A stretch of 57,162 nucleotides of DNA, counting the filler, from Squatina squatina (lineage: Eukaryota), in assembly GCA_031763465.1 (NCBI GenBank). It is 4 parts of 3 records of this genome, joined end to end, with 100 filler letters (N's around TTAATTAATTAA, not from the genome) between each part and the next. Parts side by side here need not be neighbours in the genome. Positions count along the whole stretch, not along the records: positions 15,278 to 28,400 come from JARFOE010000016.1; positions 28,501 to 41,417 come from JARFOE010000001.1; 2 more parts are not named here. One strand, written 5' to 3'. Under the pieces are notes generated by a model, which was not told the origin of the DNA, did not search any database, and was given only the letters and a program-made list of their open reading frames with translations. Shown here piece by piece: positions 27,477 to 39,421 of this stretch (positions within the stretch are counted from its first letter, which is position 1; every line of letters begins with the position of its first letter). The position numbers and the translations under genes are program-made.

Positions 27477-28261
27477 NNNNNNNNNNNNNNNNNNNNNNNN
27501 NNNNNNNNNNNNNNNNNNNNNNNNNNNNNNNNNNNNNNNNNNNNNNNNNNNNNNNNNNNNNNNNNNNNNNNNNNNNCGCTGGATAGAAACCTGGGCTCTG
27601 TCCCTCTGCTGCCCACCAGCTCCAGTACAACAGTTTACCAAATTAGTCAAATGCACTTTTAAAACCCATCTTTACTTAAATGTTTAAAATATACAGTGAT
27701 GGTATTATGATTTAGAAAATACAAAAATAAGATTAATACTGTTGATGCATTTATACAAATATTAAGTCTTCTTTTAAGTGAATGGAGATCGGTTAGTCTC
27801 TCCAAGTCAAGTCATTTAACACATTGCAAGCCAATCAGAAAAGACTAAATTGTGTGAATTATCAAAACTAACTCGACACAGCTACATGGGATAATTCTCT
27901 GCAACCCAACCAGACTTCATTGCAGATTCGATTCCAATTTCAATCGTTCTCTCCCTTTCCTCCTAAACACGTCAGTCACTGTTGAAGGACACAGGACTGA
28001 GGAAAGGTTTTGAATTCCACACAATATGCTTCTATCATTGGCACATCATCGCCTCAAGAGGCTACTGCGGGTGGTGGGGAGTGTAACTTGTCAGAGCTCT
28101 ACAGGTCATGTCGCCATCTCCTCCAGGATTATCCTGGAGTCCCCGGGTATTAAAGATTAATCTCCCAGACAGTACAGCGATCACATAACCCAGGAGATAA
28201 AAAGAGCATAGAGGAGTTAAAATAAATGGATGTGTTTTGTTCATTTGCTTTGAAGGAAAAT

Positions 28262-28400
28262 TAGGACTTGCATTTCTGAAGCGCCTTTCACGACCACCGG
28301 ACATCCCAAAGCTTATAGCCCATGAAGTACTTTGGAAGTGTAGCCACTGTTGTCGAAAACGTGGCAGCCAAACTGCGCACAGCAATCTCCCACAAACAGC
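28262..28400 (-). mobile_element. Deu-domain SINE 3' part
   Basis: Homologous to 52139-52280 (GAAGTACTTT..AAGTGTAG.CACTGTTGT..GGCAGCCA..TCCCACAAACA). Confidence 0.7.
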
Positions 28401-28500
28401 NNNNNNNNNNNNNNNNNNNNNNNNNNNNNNNNNNNNNNNNNNNNTTAATTAATTAANNNNNNNNNNNNNNNNNNNNNNNNNNNNNNNNNNNNNNNNNNNN
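28401..28500. other. Artificial scaffold linker (44 N + TTAATTAATTAA + 44 N)
   Basis: TTAATTAATTAA at 28445-28456, same layout as the other two linkers. Confidence 0.95.
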
Positions 28501-29416
28501 CAATATTAATCGTGTATAAGACTAAATATTGGTTTTATATATTTCTATAGTTATGGTAATTTATTATTCTCTTTTGGAGCTTTATTCTTATAAATATCCT
28601 TTTCACATGACTGATTCATGCTGCATGCTTTTGGTGATAGAAACGATCAATATGTATATATTCTCAATAAAGGAATTTTGCTGGCCAGCAGTGCTTGTTT
28701 ATGTATTATAAATAATTACACCAAAATTGTGTATGGGATGAGTTGTGGCAGATTTACAGCAAAGTGTCAGGAATTACACCTGCCAATGCTCTACTGAGCT
28801 GAATCCACCAGAATTTCATGGGTCAATTTTTTTTGCATATCCATTGGAGGATCTCAGTGCAAATCTTGTATGAAAGAGATGCAATGTGCTGTGAGTTGTT
28901 GTAAATTAGAGTGCCAAGTCTGGCCTTAGATTGTAGCAGCTGGCTGTGGTTACAACACATAGGTAAGGAGGATTAGTTGTGCAGCTATTAGTTTTGGAGA
29001 ATGAAGAGTGTGCTGGTGTCAGGATTCCCAAATAACAAAAGGGAGAGTGTCTGGTGCGTTACCTTGTCTGCCATGGTCAGGTCATTGAATTCCTTGCAAC
29101 ACTGGTCTGCAGTCCTTGGGGTGATAGGATTGGCAATCAGTGCCACTTCCCTCCACCTGTCATAAGAGTCAATTTTTTGACATTTCCTCCCATGGAAACC
29201 GAGCTGGCTGAAGCCCTGCTGCTCATTTCAAAGAGGAGAAACAGCATTGTTTGTAGCACGGAAAGTGACCTCGCCTTGAATTATTTTACACATTCCAAGC
29301 AGCATCTGGTAACCTTNNNNNNNNNNNNNNNNNNNNNNNNNNNNNNNNNNNNNNNNNNNNNNNNNNNNNNNNNNNNNNNNNNNNNNNNNNNNNNNNNNNN
29401 NNNNNNNNNNNNNNNN

Positions 29417-29797
29417 ATCGATCAGGCCATTTGCCGCTCCTTTCTTGGGGTCCGGGCCGCCATCATGCAGCCCGGCACTCTGTCTCAGTGCCGGGATGCA
29501 GCCACCACAGCCCTTCGCCCTGGTGGCTTAATGGAGGCCTTCACAGGGCCTGCAGAGTTTGCAGTGTCCCTCCCCTTTAACGGAAGGGGAGGGGCATTGA
29601 AACGCGTCAGCGCGACCGCGTAGCGATGTCGAACCCGCCCGCGTAGCGCCCCCAAACCCGCCCCAAAAGGAAGTGGAGCGTGCGACGGGCGGTAACTGCA
29701 AATTCACGGCCGGTACAGGACTTCCACGCTGGGCGCAGTAAGTCCCGCCTCCCCTCGGTTACCGCCCCCAAACGGGGTGTAACCAGATTTTAACCCC
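29417..29797. mobile_element. GC-rich end of a non-autonomous DNA transposon (probably PIF/Harbinger)
   Basis: CpG-rich block ending CCAGATTTTAACCCC, with inverted GGCGGTAAC (29688-29696) and GTTACCGCC (29758-29766). Confidence 0.55.
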
Positions 29798-31715
29798 TAT
29801 GTATGTTTTGTATATTTTGTATGGCTATCATACATTACAAAGCCTTGAAACTGCTTGTTTTCACATCTCAGGGCTGTTCTTGAATTGTCAGCGTGTTGAG
29901 GACTGTTGCAGTTATTTTTGAAGCTGTTGGTCAATTTTTGTTAGTTTGACGTGTGTATAGGTTTAACATAATTAATGCCATATATGGCACAGATGTGAAA
30001 CACAAAGTTCTACGGTGGTGTAGAATTGTTGAAACTCTAGATCATGCCAAGTACTTGCTAAAACATACCCTTTAGTTGCATTCTGATGAGTAATCTGTGC
30101 TATTTACTGCATATTTACCAATTAGTCTGCATTTCAGTCCAGAAACTCTCCTACTCCACCCTGAGAATCTTGTGTGAGGCACTGAGAAGTCGAGTTCATA
30201 CCTGATGTACACCACACCCTTAAGAGTTTCTCCATTCCAACTCAACATCAAATACAAAATTGCTGGACTTTGCCTCAGCTTTTTCAATTTGCTTCACTAT
30301 GAGACACGCACTGCATCAAAGATCTCTTTAAACATCCCAAATACCTGACTGCAACTAATTGAGTTATCATTAGTGGGGCGTATACATCAACATCAAAGCA
30401 TAGTTCATTTTGTATGATTAGGATGTCATGATTCACCAGTTGCATAGAGTAATATATTACCCAAACCAATGGTTACCAAACACATTTCACTTTTTAAAAA
30501 TAAATGGTGGTATGTGATATTAATCAACTTGCCTTGCTTCCTTTGCTTAAAGTTGATTTTCATTTGAATTTCCGAGCCCCCAATTGAGGCTGATCTGGAA
30601 AGCTGCAGAATTTCCATATTCATGATATGGAGGGAGAGATTTATTCAACATTTTTAATGTATATCAGTGTGAAATCATATTCTTCTCAGCAATCTATTTT
30701 GGCCCTCTCCCAACACTCAAATGAAAAATTGTTGTGTTGCAAGACCTGAACTTGCAACAACATAAAAAAGCAAGAAACAAGAAAAGACCTTTTGACCCAC
30801 CGAGTCTGTTCCTCTCACAGAGCATCTACCATTCACCCGATCATGCACTCCACCCCACCCACATGATCTCTTGAAGACACAGCTTCCTTGTGTTGTTTCA
30901 AATGTGTGGAAACAATCTTAACATTGGCTTTATTATTATTTTTAGCGGTAAAATAAAAATTTGTTACACTCAAAATATTTCAATTGATTAATAGTTTTTA
31001 ATTATATGCATTTAGTCAAGGACTTGTTGAGGTCACACAACCTGATAGGATGGTGATTGGANNNNNNNNNNNNNNNNNNNNNNNNNNNNNNNNNNNNNNN
31101 NNNNNNNNNNNNNNNNNNNNNNNNNNNNNNNNNNNNNNNNNNNNNNNNNNNNNNNNNNNNNAGAGATCAAGATGTTAGATAAAAGAATTTGTAAAAGTAT
31201 TTGAAGCAATTTAATTAGTTTGCCTTTTGGTTTCCTTTACTGGCCGATGTTGCTGACAGCCTAGGTAAAAATTTACCCAAGTAGTTTTTTTTCACGCAAT
31301 ATGCAATCCTTTTATATATAAACATATCTTCCTTTCTCTCTCTTCCACATGTGTCCACCCATTTCTTTAACTGCATATTACATCCAGCAGATTGTGTTCT
31401 GAGTTATTTCCATAATGAGACCCTTTTTACATGGACAGGCTGATAGAATGACCCAAAACTCCAAACCAGGAGGACCAGCTAGATGTGCTGGGAAAGAGGG
31501 ACACTCCACTACCATCAGACATGACTTAACTTGTGTTAAATTTTCATCACCTTATTCCACTTATAATTGTGCAAAAAGGTCAAAAATGCTCATCAAAATA
31601 AATTGTTAAGCTTCTGGAGCTTTTTGATAATGATACGGCAACAAAGCAGTATTTTTTGATAATTATGGGTTAATTGCTGGAGCAGTTAATGTCTTCGTTA
31701 TCTTACCTTGCTTAC

Positions 31716-31770
31716 TTTGGAGGCTTGGTTTGGTTTCTTGTTAGTTTAGCAGCATTATAGAGTTTACCAT
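31716..31770 (-). CDS. Candidate small internal exon of an unidentified gene
   Basis: Acceptor ttttgttttgatgacag and donor GTAAGC; one open frame, GKLYNAAKLTRNQTKPP. A further strong donor CAG/GTAAGT lies at about 32109-32117 on the same strand. Confidence 0.35.
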
Positions 31771-34014
31771 CTGTCATCAAAACAAAAGTCGTTTCATTGG
31801 GCTTCTTTCCAAGATACTGACTGATGAAAGTTGGATCTATTTCCTGTTGTTTCATGGGAACCACTGCCAAAGCCCATTCTTGTTAAACAAACTCACTTTG
31901 CTCTGGAACAAATAATCACTTCATATATTAAGCTATGATGAACTTTGTGCTCTGGAGTGTAAACATCCTTTTCTCTAAAATTATCAGCACTATCACTACA
32001 AAAATACTTAGCCATAGTGCACAGTAAACTGAAGCAAAAATATTTATAAAAGGTAACCCTAACCATGCAGGGAAAAAAAATATTAAAAGTACAAAAGCTC
32101 AAATTGAAACTTACCTGAAAGATGTGTNNNNNNNNNNNNNNNNNNNNNNNNNNNNNNNNNNNNNNNNNNNNNNNNNNNNNNNNNNNNNNNNNNNNNNNNN
32201 NNNNNNNNNNNNNNNNNNNNNNNNNNNAGTTGATTCAAGTGTGTTAAACAATGTCCCAGAAAATATCGCTCGCAGTAATTCCCAGGCTAATATCTGAGCT
32301 GTGGTTGCAAACCTATAGTGCTATCAGTTCAGGCAGTCATTAGCCCCTGTGAGAAAGGCAGCAGTGACAGATCTCCTGCTAACAGCCATTAGTTATATTT
32401 CCCAGTCACGTCTTTCAGTAAATTTAAACAACCAGCACCCTGTTCAATCAGATCTTTGACTTCCATCATTAGAGAAGTCAGGTTCCCATGGAATTTGCTG
32501 TACTTTGGGACAGATGTACAGGAAAAGTGAATGACAGGCCTGCACATTATCCACCCCAAAATGAAGAAGTGCATATTTAATTGCAAACTAGCTCACTGAA
32601 TCTAGCCAAGTAAAATACCAGAAACAATTCAATTTGGCAGCTGTTCGGCAATTGAATATAAGCAAATGGCATTTTTTTTTCTGTTAGTAGTGTGTTCAGT
32701 CCTACATTATTTCTGTTCCTGAGATTGTAAAGATATGATTTGTCAAGCAACTTTTGTAATCAACTTTCAAAATTTTAAAGGACTAATGATTAAAATTTAG
32801 ACTCAATATGCATTCTCCCATTATTCATTTGATTAAAANNNNNNNNNNNNNNNNNNNNNNNNNNNNNNNNNNNNNNNNNNNNNNNNNNNNNNNNNNNNNN
32901 NNNNNNNNNNNNNNNNNNNNNNNNNNNNNNNNNNNNNNAGGGGAGAGAAGTAAAAGACAAGAGTTTAGAGTGCTAACTCTTAATGCAAAGATGCAATTTA
33001 CTGGTTGAACAGCCTGTGACCTGTCAAGTGATTGATTGCCTACATTATTTGTTCATGTTGACGCTCCACATAGAAAATCTTCATGCTAACTCTTTCAGCA
33101 GTGAGTGCTGGGATATGTAAACTAATCCAGGCATTTCAAACCTCAACTTTATACAAATCATAAAAAGTTCAATACTTTTGTTGTTCAGTTACAAACTAGC
33201 ATAAGATAAACATTTCTGGTGCAGTTGCTTTGATTTTATTTGGAATTTATAAATCTGAATTTTCTATTAAATAAATTAGATGAAACCAATGCAGCAGGAG
33301 TAAGCAGGCCGTTTACAACTCTAAAGGAAAACATTGGCCTGTCCTTTGACTCACTCATGACGCAATCAACTTTCATCAAAGTGAAAGGTGAAACCTCTCT
33401 GTGTTAAATGCAGAAATTACACTTATAACTGCGGAACTCATATTCCTTTAATACATTAAATCTGTGAGCCATTAAGTCCTGAGTGCTGCTCTGTAACCTG
33501 AAGCAAAATGGTATATTTCCACTTGTGTAGTCTTTAGATTTGGACTGATTATTGTATCATTTGGTGAATAAAACTATGCTCAGCTACACAAGAAGAATTG
33601 TATTTAATCCCACTAGATGCTTCTTGAAATTTAGGATGAATATTCTAAGCATAATCCTGAAACAAAAAGTATCCAAACATGAAGAAATTAAGATGTTGTG
33701 AAGAGGTACAAACCACAGCTCTGTTAAGGCCAGTAATGTTTTGCCAAGCAGTCATTATGATGTTAATGTCAAAAGGAATGATTCGAAAGCGCCACGTTAA
33801 AAACAGTGCACCACTTCTTAGCGCCTTAATCTCGCCAGGNNNNNNNNNNNNNNNNNNNNNNNNNNNNNNNNNNNNNNNNNNNNNNNNNNNNNNNNNNNNN
33901 NNNNNNNNNNNNNNNNNNNNNNNNNNNNNNNNNNNNNNNGCCATTTCTCCAGGGTTTCCGAAGGTCGGCAGAACTCTTTTGCAAATTCTACCTCAGAGCT
34001 CGTCTTCAATAATT

Positions 34015-34815
34015 ACAGGGGTGTTCCCAGGGAGATTAGGACCATTGCTCTTTTTGATATATATTAATGATCTGGACTTGGGTACACAGGACACAATTTC
34101 AAAGTTTGCAGATGACACGAAACTCAGAAATGTAATTAACAGTGAGGACCTGACTTCAGGAGGATACAGACAGGCTGGTGAATTGGGCAGAGACATGGCA
34201 GATTAAATTTAACGCAGAGAAGTATGGAGTTATTCAGTTTGGTAAGGAGAATGAAGAGAGGCAACATAACAAAATGGTATAATTTTAAATGGGGTGCAAG
34301 AACAGAGACACCTGGGGGCGTACGTACTCAAGTCTTTGAAAGTGGTAGGGCAAGTTGAGAAGGCCGTTGAAAAGACATATGGAATCCTGGGCCTCACTAA
34401 CAGAGGCAGAGAGTACCAAAGCAAGGAAATTATGCTGAACCTTTATAGACCACTGGTTAGGCCCCAGCTGGTGTATTGTGTCCAATTTTCCAGTTTTCCA
34501 ATTTTCCAGTGACAGAAGGGTCGGTAACCAGAGGACACAGATTGAAGGTAATCGGCAAAGGAACCAGAAACAACACAAGGAAGAAGAAAATTACGTAGCA
34601 AGGTGTTGGGATCTGGAATGCGCTGCCTGAAAGGGCAGTGGAAGCAGATTCAGTAATAACTTTCAAAAGGGAATTCCATAAATACTTGAAGTAGAAAAAT
34701 TTGCAGGGTGATGGGGAAAGAAGAGGGAAGTGGAGCTAATTGGAGAGCTCGAACAAAGAGCCGGCCCAGGCATGGTAGGCCGAAAGGCTTCCTTCTGTGC
34801 TGCATAATTTCTAGG
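34015..34815 (+). mobile_element. CR1-type LINE, RT domain to 3' end, with deletions
   Basis: GVFPGRLGPLLFLIYINDLDLGTQDTISKFADDTKL (FADD RT motif), then LNLYRPLVRPQLVYCVQF and WNALP-like motifs. Confidence 0.9.
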
Positions 34816-35099
34816 ATTCTATTACAGGCCGAATCCTTCCGGGAACTGCAGCCCAGGTACTCCCAACAAAAACGAGAGAAAAAAAAACGGTGATGCGAGC
34901 AGCTTCACCAGTGATAACAGGACAAAAAAATCTGGATTGAAATACCATCAGCCTGTCCCTCCAATAACTTGGTTATTTCAAGCTTGTTTTGGGTTGTCAC
35001 ACAAAGCGCACACAGCATATGTGGCTAGCTCGCAGCTGAACATGTGATGCCCGGGAACTGACCCATGTTAAGCCATTCAATGGAGCATGCAGACACCCT

Positions 35100-35207
35100 G
35101 GGGTAGAAAATCCGCAGAGTTCTAGCGATCTTCATCGGAAACCCTGCAGAAATGGGGTACACAGTGCGGGGGGTGGGATCAGGACAACCCCGTGGAAATT
35201 CTACCCC
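35100..35207. mobile_element. Short MITE-like element (108 bp)
   Basis: Imperfect terminal inverted repeats GGGGTAGAAAATCCGC / GTGGAAATTCTACCCC (13 of 16 match); no clear target-site duplication. Confidence 0.45.
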
Positions 35208-35664
35208 TCTAATTTGCAGCAGCTTGGATCACTGACTTTCTCCAGTTAATGTTGGGGGGGTATCTGTGTTGCAGCTCCCGGTAACGACAGGANNNNNNNN
35301 NNNNNNNNNNNNNNNNNNNNNNNNNNNNNNNNNNNNNNNNNNNNNNNNNNNNNNNNNNNNNNNNNNNNNNNNNNNNNNNNNNNNNNNNNNNNATAAATGA
35401 TATATAGTACTAAATATATTATTCGGGTGACCAGATTTGCGAGACAAAACTAACCTTCTGCGTGAGCTGATGCCCCCAACATCCGAATGCGGTCGGGACC
35501 AGCCAGAAAATCTGCACGTGACCCTCCCTCCTCCAGCAGTCCGCATCGCACATGCTCAGGACACACTCCCTGGGACCTGTCAATCATCCACCCCCTGTAC
35601 CTGTGCGCTAGGTCCCTAAGCTATGGGCTGCCATTCGGGTTTTTCTTTTTCATGAAGTCTCAGT

Positions 35665-35802
35665 CAGTAAGTATTCCCTGAGCTCCGATTGAGCACAGAG
35701 GTGGGAGAGAATGAAGGTAAGTCAAAACCTGTGATCCGGAACGTGAGCGGAGCCTTTGGCGGGCCGGACTCTGGCCCGCGGGCTACCTGTTGGACAGCCC
35801 TG
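35665..35802 (-). mobile_element. Non-autonomous hAT-like element end
   Basis: Reverse complement starts CAGGGCTGTCCAAC..GCCCGCGGGCCAGAGTCCGGCCCGCC; second copy of 27288-27476. Confidence 0.6.
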
Positions 35803-36639
35803 TTCTATAGCAATAGGATTATACAACATTACTTGTAGCATAAATGCATCACTAACTGGGAAATCTGAAATGGGAACATGTCACTTCCACAATTGAGAAA
35901 ATTGGGAGGTTGGCTGGAAAGTACAATGTAACAGCTGAACTTGGCAGGAAAAATGCACACCTTTATATCTGAAATCAAATACATCTGTGTTTTCTTTAAA
36001 CTACACTTATGATTACTTGTGTAAGCAATAGTCTCCATGATTAAACCTTCCCTCAAAATTAAAGATCAGATAAATACAGCTGAAATTAACTGAGTTAATG
36101 TATTAAAATCGCTACAATTAAACCTATTTAAAACCATTATGAAAATACAAAGAGATTTTTTATGTCACAACTCAACATATAGTGCTATATTTTCATCTGG
36201 TAATTTTAGTGAAAAAGTAGCAGGTGGGAACAACACCTTGAATGGAGGAAAATAAATTGTAATGTTGAAGATATTGGAGGGGGATTTTAACCCCCAAAAA
36301 TGGATGGGTTTGGGATGTTAAAATTTTTAAAATCTCAAACCTGAACCTAATCTGCTTCAAACCTCCCCAACTCCGCTTTTAACGGAGGCAGGAGATAGGG
36401 CAGGTGACAAATGTGCTCCCAGGAGGTGGGTAGCTCATTTAAATATTTTAATGAGGCTGCGTGCCTTAGTTTTGGGCGGCCAGTTCGACTCCCCTGAGTT
36501 ACTGGGCGCTAATGGATGAATTGTTGAGTGCAANNNNNNNNNNNNNNNNNNNNNNNNNNNNNNNNNNNNNNNNNNNNNNNNNNNNNNNNNNNNNNNNNNN
36601 NNNNNNNNNNNNNNNNNNNNNNNNNNNNNNNNNCATCCA

Positions 36640-37398
36640 GACTTGGACTGGTTAGTGTCAAGTATCATTCTCGCTGCCCAAGTGCGGGCAATGACGATCT
36701 CAAAGGGAGTGTAATCACCTCCCGCCATGACATTACTATCGCCAAATCTCACATCCAGGGGTGGGGAGGTCACTATTCATCAGAAACTCAACTGGACCAG
36801 CCATATAACTGCTGCAACTAGAAGAGCAGGTCAGAGACTGGGTATTCTGTGGTGAGTGGCTCATCTGACTTCCCAAAGCCTTTCCACAGCTTACAAGGCA
36901 CAAGTCAGGAGTGTGATGGCATACTCTCTACTTGCCTGGATGGGTGCAGCTGCAACAACATGCTGAAAGCTCAATACCATCCAGGACAGATTGGCAGCCC
37001 ATCCACCACCTTAAACATTCCCTCCTCCACCTCTACCACAGTGGCTGCAGTGTGTGCTATCTCCAGGGTGCACTGCAGCAACTCATTAATGATTCTTCGA
37101 CAGCACCTTGCAAGCCCCCAACCTCCACTACCTAGGATAAAGGCAGCAAGTACACCACCTCAAGTCCACCTCCAAGTCACAAAACATCCTGACTTGGACA
37201 TTTTTTGCTATTCCTTCATCTTCACTGGGTCAAATACCTGAAACTTCCTATGGAACAGCCTTGTGGTTACACCTTCACCACAAGGACTGCAGCAGTTCAA
37301 GAATAAGGCTCAAAACTACCTTCTCAAGGAGAACTAAGGATGGACAATAATTGATGGGCTTGCCAATGATGCCCAAATCTCGAGAATGAAAATAAAAC
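36640..37398 (+). mobile_element. Non-LTR retrotransposon 3' portion (CR1/L2 superclade), degenerate
   Basis: YKAQVRSVMAYSLLAWMGAAAT motif at about 36890-36960, followed by a 3' region ending GAATGAAAATAAAA. Confidence 0.7.
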
Positions 37399-37424
37399 AT
37401 CCCACTTCATAGGACTGTAGTCAG

Positions 37425-37660
37425 CCAAAAAAAAACTGATTCTGAGCCAAAGATGGAGATATTAGGTCAAGTGGCCAAATGCTTGGTCAAAGAGGCATGT
37501 TTTAAGAAGCCAGTGGTGGAGAGGCAAGCGGGGGAATCCAGAGGTTAGGGCCGAGGCTGCTGAAGGCAGGGCCACCAATGGCGGGGCGGGTGAAGGAAGT
37601 CGGTGGTGCAGTTGAGGCCAGAATTGGAGGAACGTCGGAGTGTTGTAGGGCTGGAGATTA
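37425..37660 (-). mobile_element. L2-type LINE 3' fragment
   Basis: Antisense homology to 24430-24650 (LQPYN, LLKTCLFDQAFG). Confidence 0.65.
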
Positions 37661-38376
37661 GTATAAAATGCGATTTTGTTTTGAAATCTTACTCCTGGGA
37701 TGGATCTATCCAAGAGGCTCCATTCTGTTCTACGCGGAATTACTTTCGAGCGTTTTTTAAATTTATTTTTAAATAAACATGACGAATCAAGAATGAGAGG
37801 CAGCATCACAGATGTCTGTCAGTTTAATAATGTAAATCACTGCTCCGCCAGTGTCTCAGCTTTTGTGCCTCATTATGAATCAGGTTGTGTATCCGCTCGT
37901 TATTGCAGGTAGTAGAATTAATTGGAAAGAACGAGCTACGTGTAATATTCTATGTAAATAAGTGGAAGCGCTCAAAATTATTGGGAAACTTTAAATGAGT
38001 TGCTTAGCGATGTTTTAATTTACAGGAAGACCCGCCTATTCGGCCCTCATTCGTCCACTGTCGCGAATGGCATTGTAGTCAGTTATTTAATTAGACAGTG
38101 AGTGCATCAATCACTTCACATAGGATGGAAACTTCGCCTTTGTCTTCAGTTGACCGAGCTAAGTGCGTGTTGGACTAGCTACAAGGAAACCAAGCGGCTG
38201 GTTGAGCCCTTACCTTCACCGCATACCATGGGTGCTAAGGACACCAAGAGCAAGAAGCGCAAACTCATGTTGCGTGGGACTCGGTGCAAAGTATTGCGGC
38301 TGTCGAGAGCTTGCCTTCCATTCCGTGCACTCGCTCCTGGGCACACTGCCAGCGACGTGCGCTGGCCCCCGCTCAC

Positions 38377-38424
38377 CGTCCGCAGGCTGTCATCGTCCGA
38401 GGCGGAGCTGGAGCCGGCACTAAA
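38377..38424 (-). CDS. Candidate end of a CpG-rich 5' exon of an unidentified gene (truncated by a gap)
   Basis: FSAGSSSASDDDSLRT followed by donor GTGAGC, within a CpG-rich stretch (about 38030-38424) with no recognisable repeat motif. Confidence 0.35.
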
Positions 38425-39271
38425 NNNNNNNNNNNNNNNNNNNNNNNNNNNNNNNNNNNNNNNNNNNNNNNNNNNNNNNNNNNNNNNNNNNNNNNNNNNN
38501 NNNNNNNNNNNNNNNNNNNNNNNNTACTTTATCAAAATAATCTTTCGTCAATTTTCAATAGTTTGCTTTGTACAGTCCACCCTGAATATCAAGGCTGTGT
38601 GTAGCATAGATAAAGCTCTTGATCTCAGAATTTTTCTTTCTACAAATTGAAGAAATGTGATGATAAAAAAAAACTACAAATGGTTAAAAAAGCAATTAAC
38701 TTTGAGAAAGAAGTGGAAAAGTACAAGAGCACTCATTAAGTTTAGGCAATGAAAATTCTACTGCGTCTTTCTCCACTTTGACCAACATGCTACATCACCC
38801 GTTTTTCTGTAGACCATGGACTTGCAGAGTCCTGTTTTGGTAATGAATATGATTCAGCAAGCAGGATACTGTGTTTTCAAATTGCTGTTTCTCAAAGAAT
38901 AGAACAACTTGAAGCCAAAAGCTCCATGGAACAATACACAATTTGAACTTCAATTCGGTTTATTAGATCTGTGAATTATCCCATGATCAATAATTTTTTC
39001 ACATTGTAGTAATGTATCCTCTGATCAGCAGTGATGAAGCAGATCAATGCTAAATCCAACCGAAATCCTCATTACTACAAAAGGCCATTACAAAGCATTA
39101 AGCAAAGTTCAAATTAGGCCAAGTCCAACAATCTGTGTTCTTGAATAAAGAAGTCCCCTCAAATTTCTTCTGGTGGGGTACTGTGCTGCTTTTAATGCAG
39201 TTTATTTTTGGCAGTTCACCACAATGATAATTATTATACCCAAATAATTTTTTATGTCTTTCTTTAACCTC

Positions 39272-39421
39272 TCACACATCATCATCAGATGTATCGCTGC
39301 TGCTCGTCTCTGTGTCATCATTAACAGTAGGCTTATAAGTGCTCTTCCACGTACTAAATTTGAAGTTACAAGTTAGGCCATTTTTCAGAAGACCATTTTT
39401 TCGAAGGCCATTTTTCCGCAG
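39272..39421 (-). CDS. Candidate terminal coding exon of an unidentified gene
   Basis: Strong acceptor tttatgtttcttatttcag, phase 0, LRKNGLRKNGLLKNGLTCNFKFSTWKSTYKPTVNDDTETSSSDTSDDDV*; acidic Ser-rich tail followed by AT-rich UTR-like sequence. Confidence 0.6.
   Translation of the reverse strand: MRKNGLRKNGLLKNGLTCNFKFSTWKSTYKPTVNDDTETSSSDTSDDDV

Noticed and set aside
29417-29797. CpG-island promoter with GC boxes and an ETS-like GGAAGT
   Set aside because: Shares motifs and terminus style with Harbinger-type element ends elsewhere in the window.
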